DNA of 62,758 bases, the filler included, from Asterionella formosa (Eukaryota): assembly GCA_002256025.1 (NCBI GenBank). It is 24 parts of 24 records of this genome, joined end to end, with 100 filler letters (N's around TTAATTAATTAA, not from the genome) between each part and the next. Parts side by side here need not be neighbours in the genome. Positions count along the whole stretch, not along the records: positions 60,249 to 62,758 come from NKIB01015179.1; 23 more parts are not named here. The stretch is one strand, 5' to 3'. Positions 60,249-62,758 of the stretch are shown here, in pieces. Each line of letters begins with the position of its first letter. Within the stretch, counting starts at the first letter, position 1. Position numbers and translations under genes: made by a program. The notes below the pieces were generated by a model. It ran no database searches. It had not been told where the DNA came from and saw only the letters and a list, made by a program, of their open reading frames with translations.

Positions 60249-62758
60249 AAACCTGTTCAGAACATTCCGAAATGTGCTTCTAGGAGCTGCGCACGTCGAT
60301 ACCCTGACTGCCAGTTCCCTGGCAACAGCCGAGGAGCGTGTTGGAAAAATGCGAGCTGACTGCCACAGGACAGGCATGAAGGGTATAGTGGACACGAGAG
60401 AGAACAGTACTACAGTTAAAACCGTACAGCCGCTACAAAGATTTACCTGGGCTGACGTGGTAAAAGGCACAACGCAAGGAAAAGCAATCAGAGGTCAGGA
60501 AAAAATGTTAAAATGCAATGTGAGTAATAAGAGTGTTTCGAGACCATTATCTCGAAACAATCCAGTTAGTAAAGCGAAAGTTTAAGTTTGACAACTTCCT
60601 CGTTGCTATCAATTTCATCAACTGTATTCGATTAACACAGTACTAGGTTCAAGGCCTACGATACGGTCGAATACGGTAGTTGTTACAACATTGTTTCGAG
60701 ATAAAATAAAAATAAAACAAAACAAAAGGAACAGCCATTCACATGGAAGGCTGGAGTTTCGACATTTCAACCGAGGTTTTGAACACTTTATAGATTCGAG
60801 TAGTGCAGCTGAAGGCCGCAGCCACCAATCAAGGAACCGACGAACCCCATGAGCGCCACCCCAGACGCAACGACAAGCGGCAGCTTAGCGAGTGGACACG
60901 GCAGCACCGGTGGGAGAGGGCGAAGGGACAACCGTCCGCGCGGGAGCCGTGGCGGCCGGGCAAGGACACAAGCGACAAGCAACAACCGTGGCATTTTTAA
61001 GGGCAGCACAGAGGGCATGAACGGGAACGTATTTGAATGCTATGAAGAACAAAGTGACAGACGCCAGTACGCCAAAACGTTAGAAGCTCTAGACGGATAT
61101 GTGAGGAAAACACTGAAGTACTCTGAAGACCTTGCCCCTTTGTTTGCCGACACCATGGCGGTTCCCATGGTAGACATGCCAGATGACCTAGATGACGATG
61201 CAGGACTGACCATGAAAATGATTTTCGCAGAAGAAGTAAAAACGTATGTCAAGCGCAATCATACCCTGAAGAGCAACCTAGCAACAGTGTATGCGGTGAT
61301 TTGGGGCCAGTGTAGTGATGACATGAAGGCAAAGGTCAAAACGCACGATGACTACAAGGACAAGACTGCCAACAACGATTGTTTTTGGCTTCTAAAACAG
61401 ATCAAGTCGATTACTTTACAGTTCGATCAGAGCAGGAATGGTTTCATTGCACTTTTGGACGCCCAGACCAGTTTCCTCAATTGTCGTCAGTTACAAGGAC
61501 AGTCCGCAGAAGACTACGTCGAGTGTTTGCGAGGATGGGCTGAGACCATCGAGTACCATGGCGGCACCGTGGCAGCAAATTACAAACTGGTACCCTTCCA
61601 GGATCAGGACGGGAATGGGCGTAGCACTGAAGAGCGAAAGGAGATCGCACGCGAACGCACCCTTGCAATCGCTTTGATTCGAAGTGCTGACCCCACCAGG
61701 TATGGCACCCTCATCACTGACCTGTCAAACCAGTATGCAATGGGAATTGACCAGTACCCCACCGATTTGTTGTCAGCCCAAAGCCTTCTCGTCAACTACA
61801 GAACTCCAACGAACACCAGCGTCAGGACAGATACACCACGCTCCCAGCCGACTGGAAGCCCTGAAGCCAGTGCAATGACGTTTGCGCAACGTGGCGAAAT
61901 CGCAGGCAATAATGGAGTGTTACATGATGGCATCATCTGTTACAACTGCCAAAGCCTAGGAAACTCCTGCCGGGGGCAGGCAGGGATCGACAACCTCAGG
62001 CACTACATTGACGCAGTATGCATACATGCTTGCACAGACCGGCGACCCTGGGATTGATCCTAAGTGGATCCTTCTCGACTTGCAGTCGACAATCTCCGTG
62101 TTCAAGAACGCCGACATGCTCAGCAACATCCGGCGTAGCCCTTACGTACTCAGGGCGCTCACAAATGGGGGCTACCAGGACTCCAACATGGTAGGAGATT
62201 TTCCCAACTTGGGTAAGGTTTGGTACAACCGTGAATCAATTGCCAACATCCTCTCCCTTGCTGAGGTGCGCAAGGTATGCCGCGTCACCATGGACTCTGC
62301 GGACGAGCCCGCGATGCTTGTCCATAGACTCGATGGAACTGTGATGAAATTTCTTGAGCACCCCTCAGGACTATATGTGTTTAGTTGTAACAACGATACT
62401 AACGACAGTGTTACAGGTTATACCATGCTATCCACAGTAGCAGAACAGAAGAAACTATTCTCACGACGTGAAATTCAATCAGCCAATATAGCCAGAGACT
62501 TGTATAGAAAGATCGGGCGGCCTGCCGAGGCGGAATTCCAATCCATCCTACGGAACAACTTGATTAGAAATTGCCCAGTGACGCCAGACGACGCCAAGCG
62601 CGCCCTCATTATTTACGGTCCAGACATCGCTGTCATAAAAGGTAAAACTACGCGGTCGCGCGCCGCCCCAAGAGCGCCAACGTTTGTGGCCGAACCGATT
62701 CCTGCCCCAATCCTGGAGCATCACCACAACGTAACGTTGTGCGCCGATTTTTTCTTTG
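60249..62758 (+). mobile_element. CoDi-like Copia element: pol end - LTR - gag (60849-~61970) - protease / pre-integrase
   Basis: LFRTFRNVLLG (RNase H end); IWGQCS; CYNCQSLG; WILLDLQSTISVF; ANILSLAEV; IRNCPVT.DDAKRA..IYGPD. Confidence 0.9.
60339..60690 (+). repeat. Predicted LTR (352 bp)
   Basis: Starts TGTTG after purine-rich GAGGAGCG and ends CAACA; lies between the pol end and gag. A second LTR is not available to confirm the borders. Confidence 0.65.

Noticed and set aside
52423..62758. Giant inverted repeat or composite transposon formed by the two Copia contigs around RIO2 and pogo
   Set aside because: Separate contigs with identical boundaries (assembly bubble); order and orientation are arbitrary

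Overview
This is not a contiguous locus. It is 24 small contigs (about 2.51-2.53 kb, mostly sorted by length) from an intron-containing eukaryote, joined by artificial N44-TTAATTAATTAA-N44 linkers, so adjacency across linkers is meaningless. A diatom is most likely, given the ASAFAP-type plastid presequences and CoDi-like Copia elements. Host genes: RNR small subunit, ARMT1/DUF89, ESF2/ABT1, HEMK2/MTQ2, the RIO2 C-terminus, and several repeat-rich orphan proteins. Mobile DNA dominates: Copia and Gypsy fragments, a Plavaka/CMC remnant, pogo-like and TTAA-target elements. Highlights: (1) a DD35D pogo/Tc2-type transposon, reconstructable from two contigs, that carries a second convergent gene for a small HIRAN-like, possibly Zn-binding protein inside its TIRs; (2) Copia LTRs whose primer-binding site is complementary to the LTR itself, suggesting Tf1-style self-priming; (3) a non-coding repeat with a ~400-bp segment inverted between CATATG palindromes; (4) Crinkler-type Ubl-NTPase-REase genes, one with an in-frame duplicated header; (5) an ARM-LRR-IRAK/Pelle-like kinase; (6) widespread TACC(W)GGTA motifs that look like excision footprints. 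All family calls are from motif recognition by eye; no searches were run.
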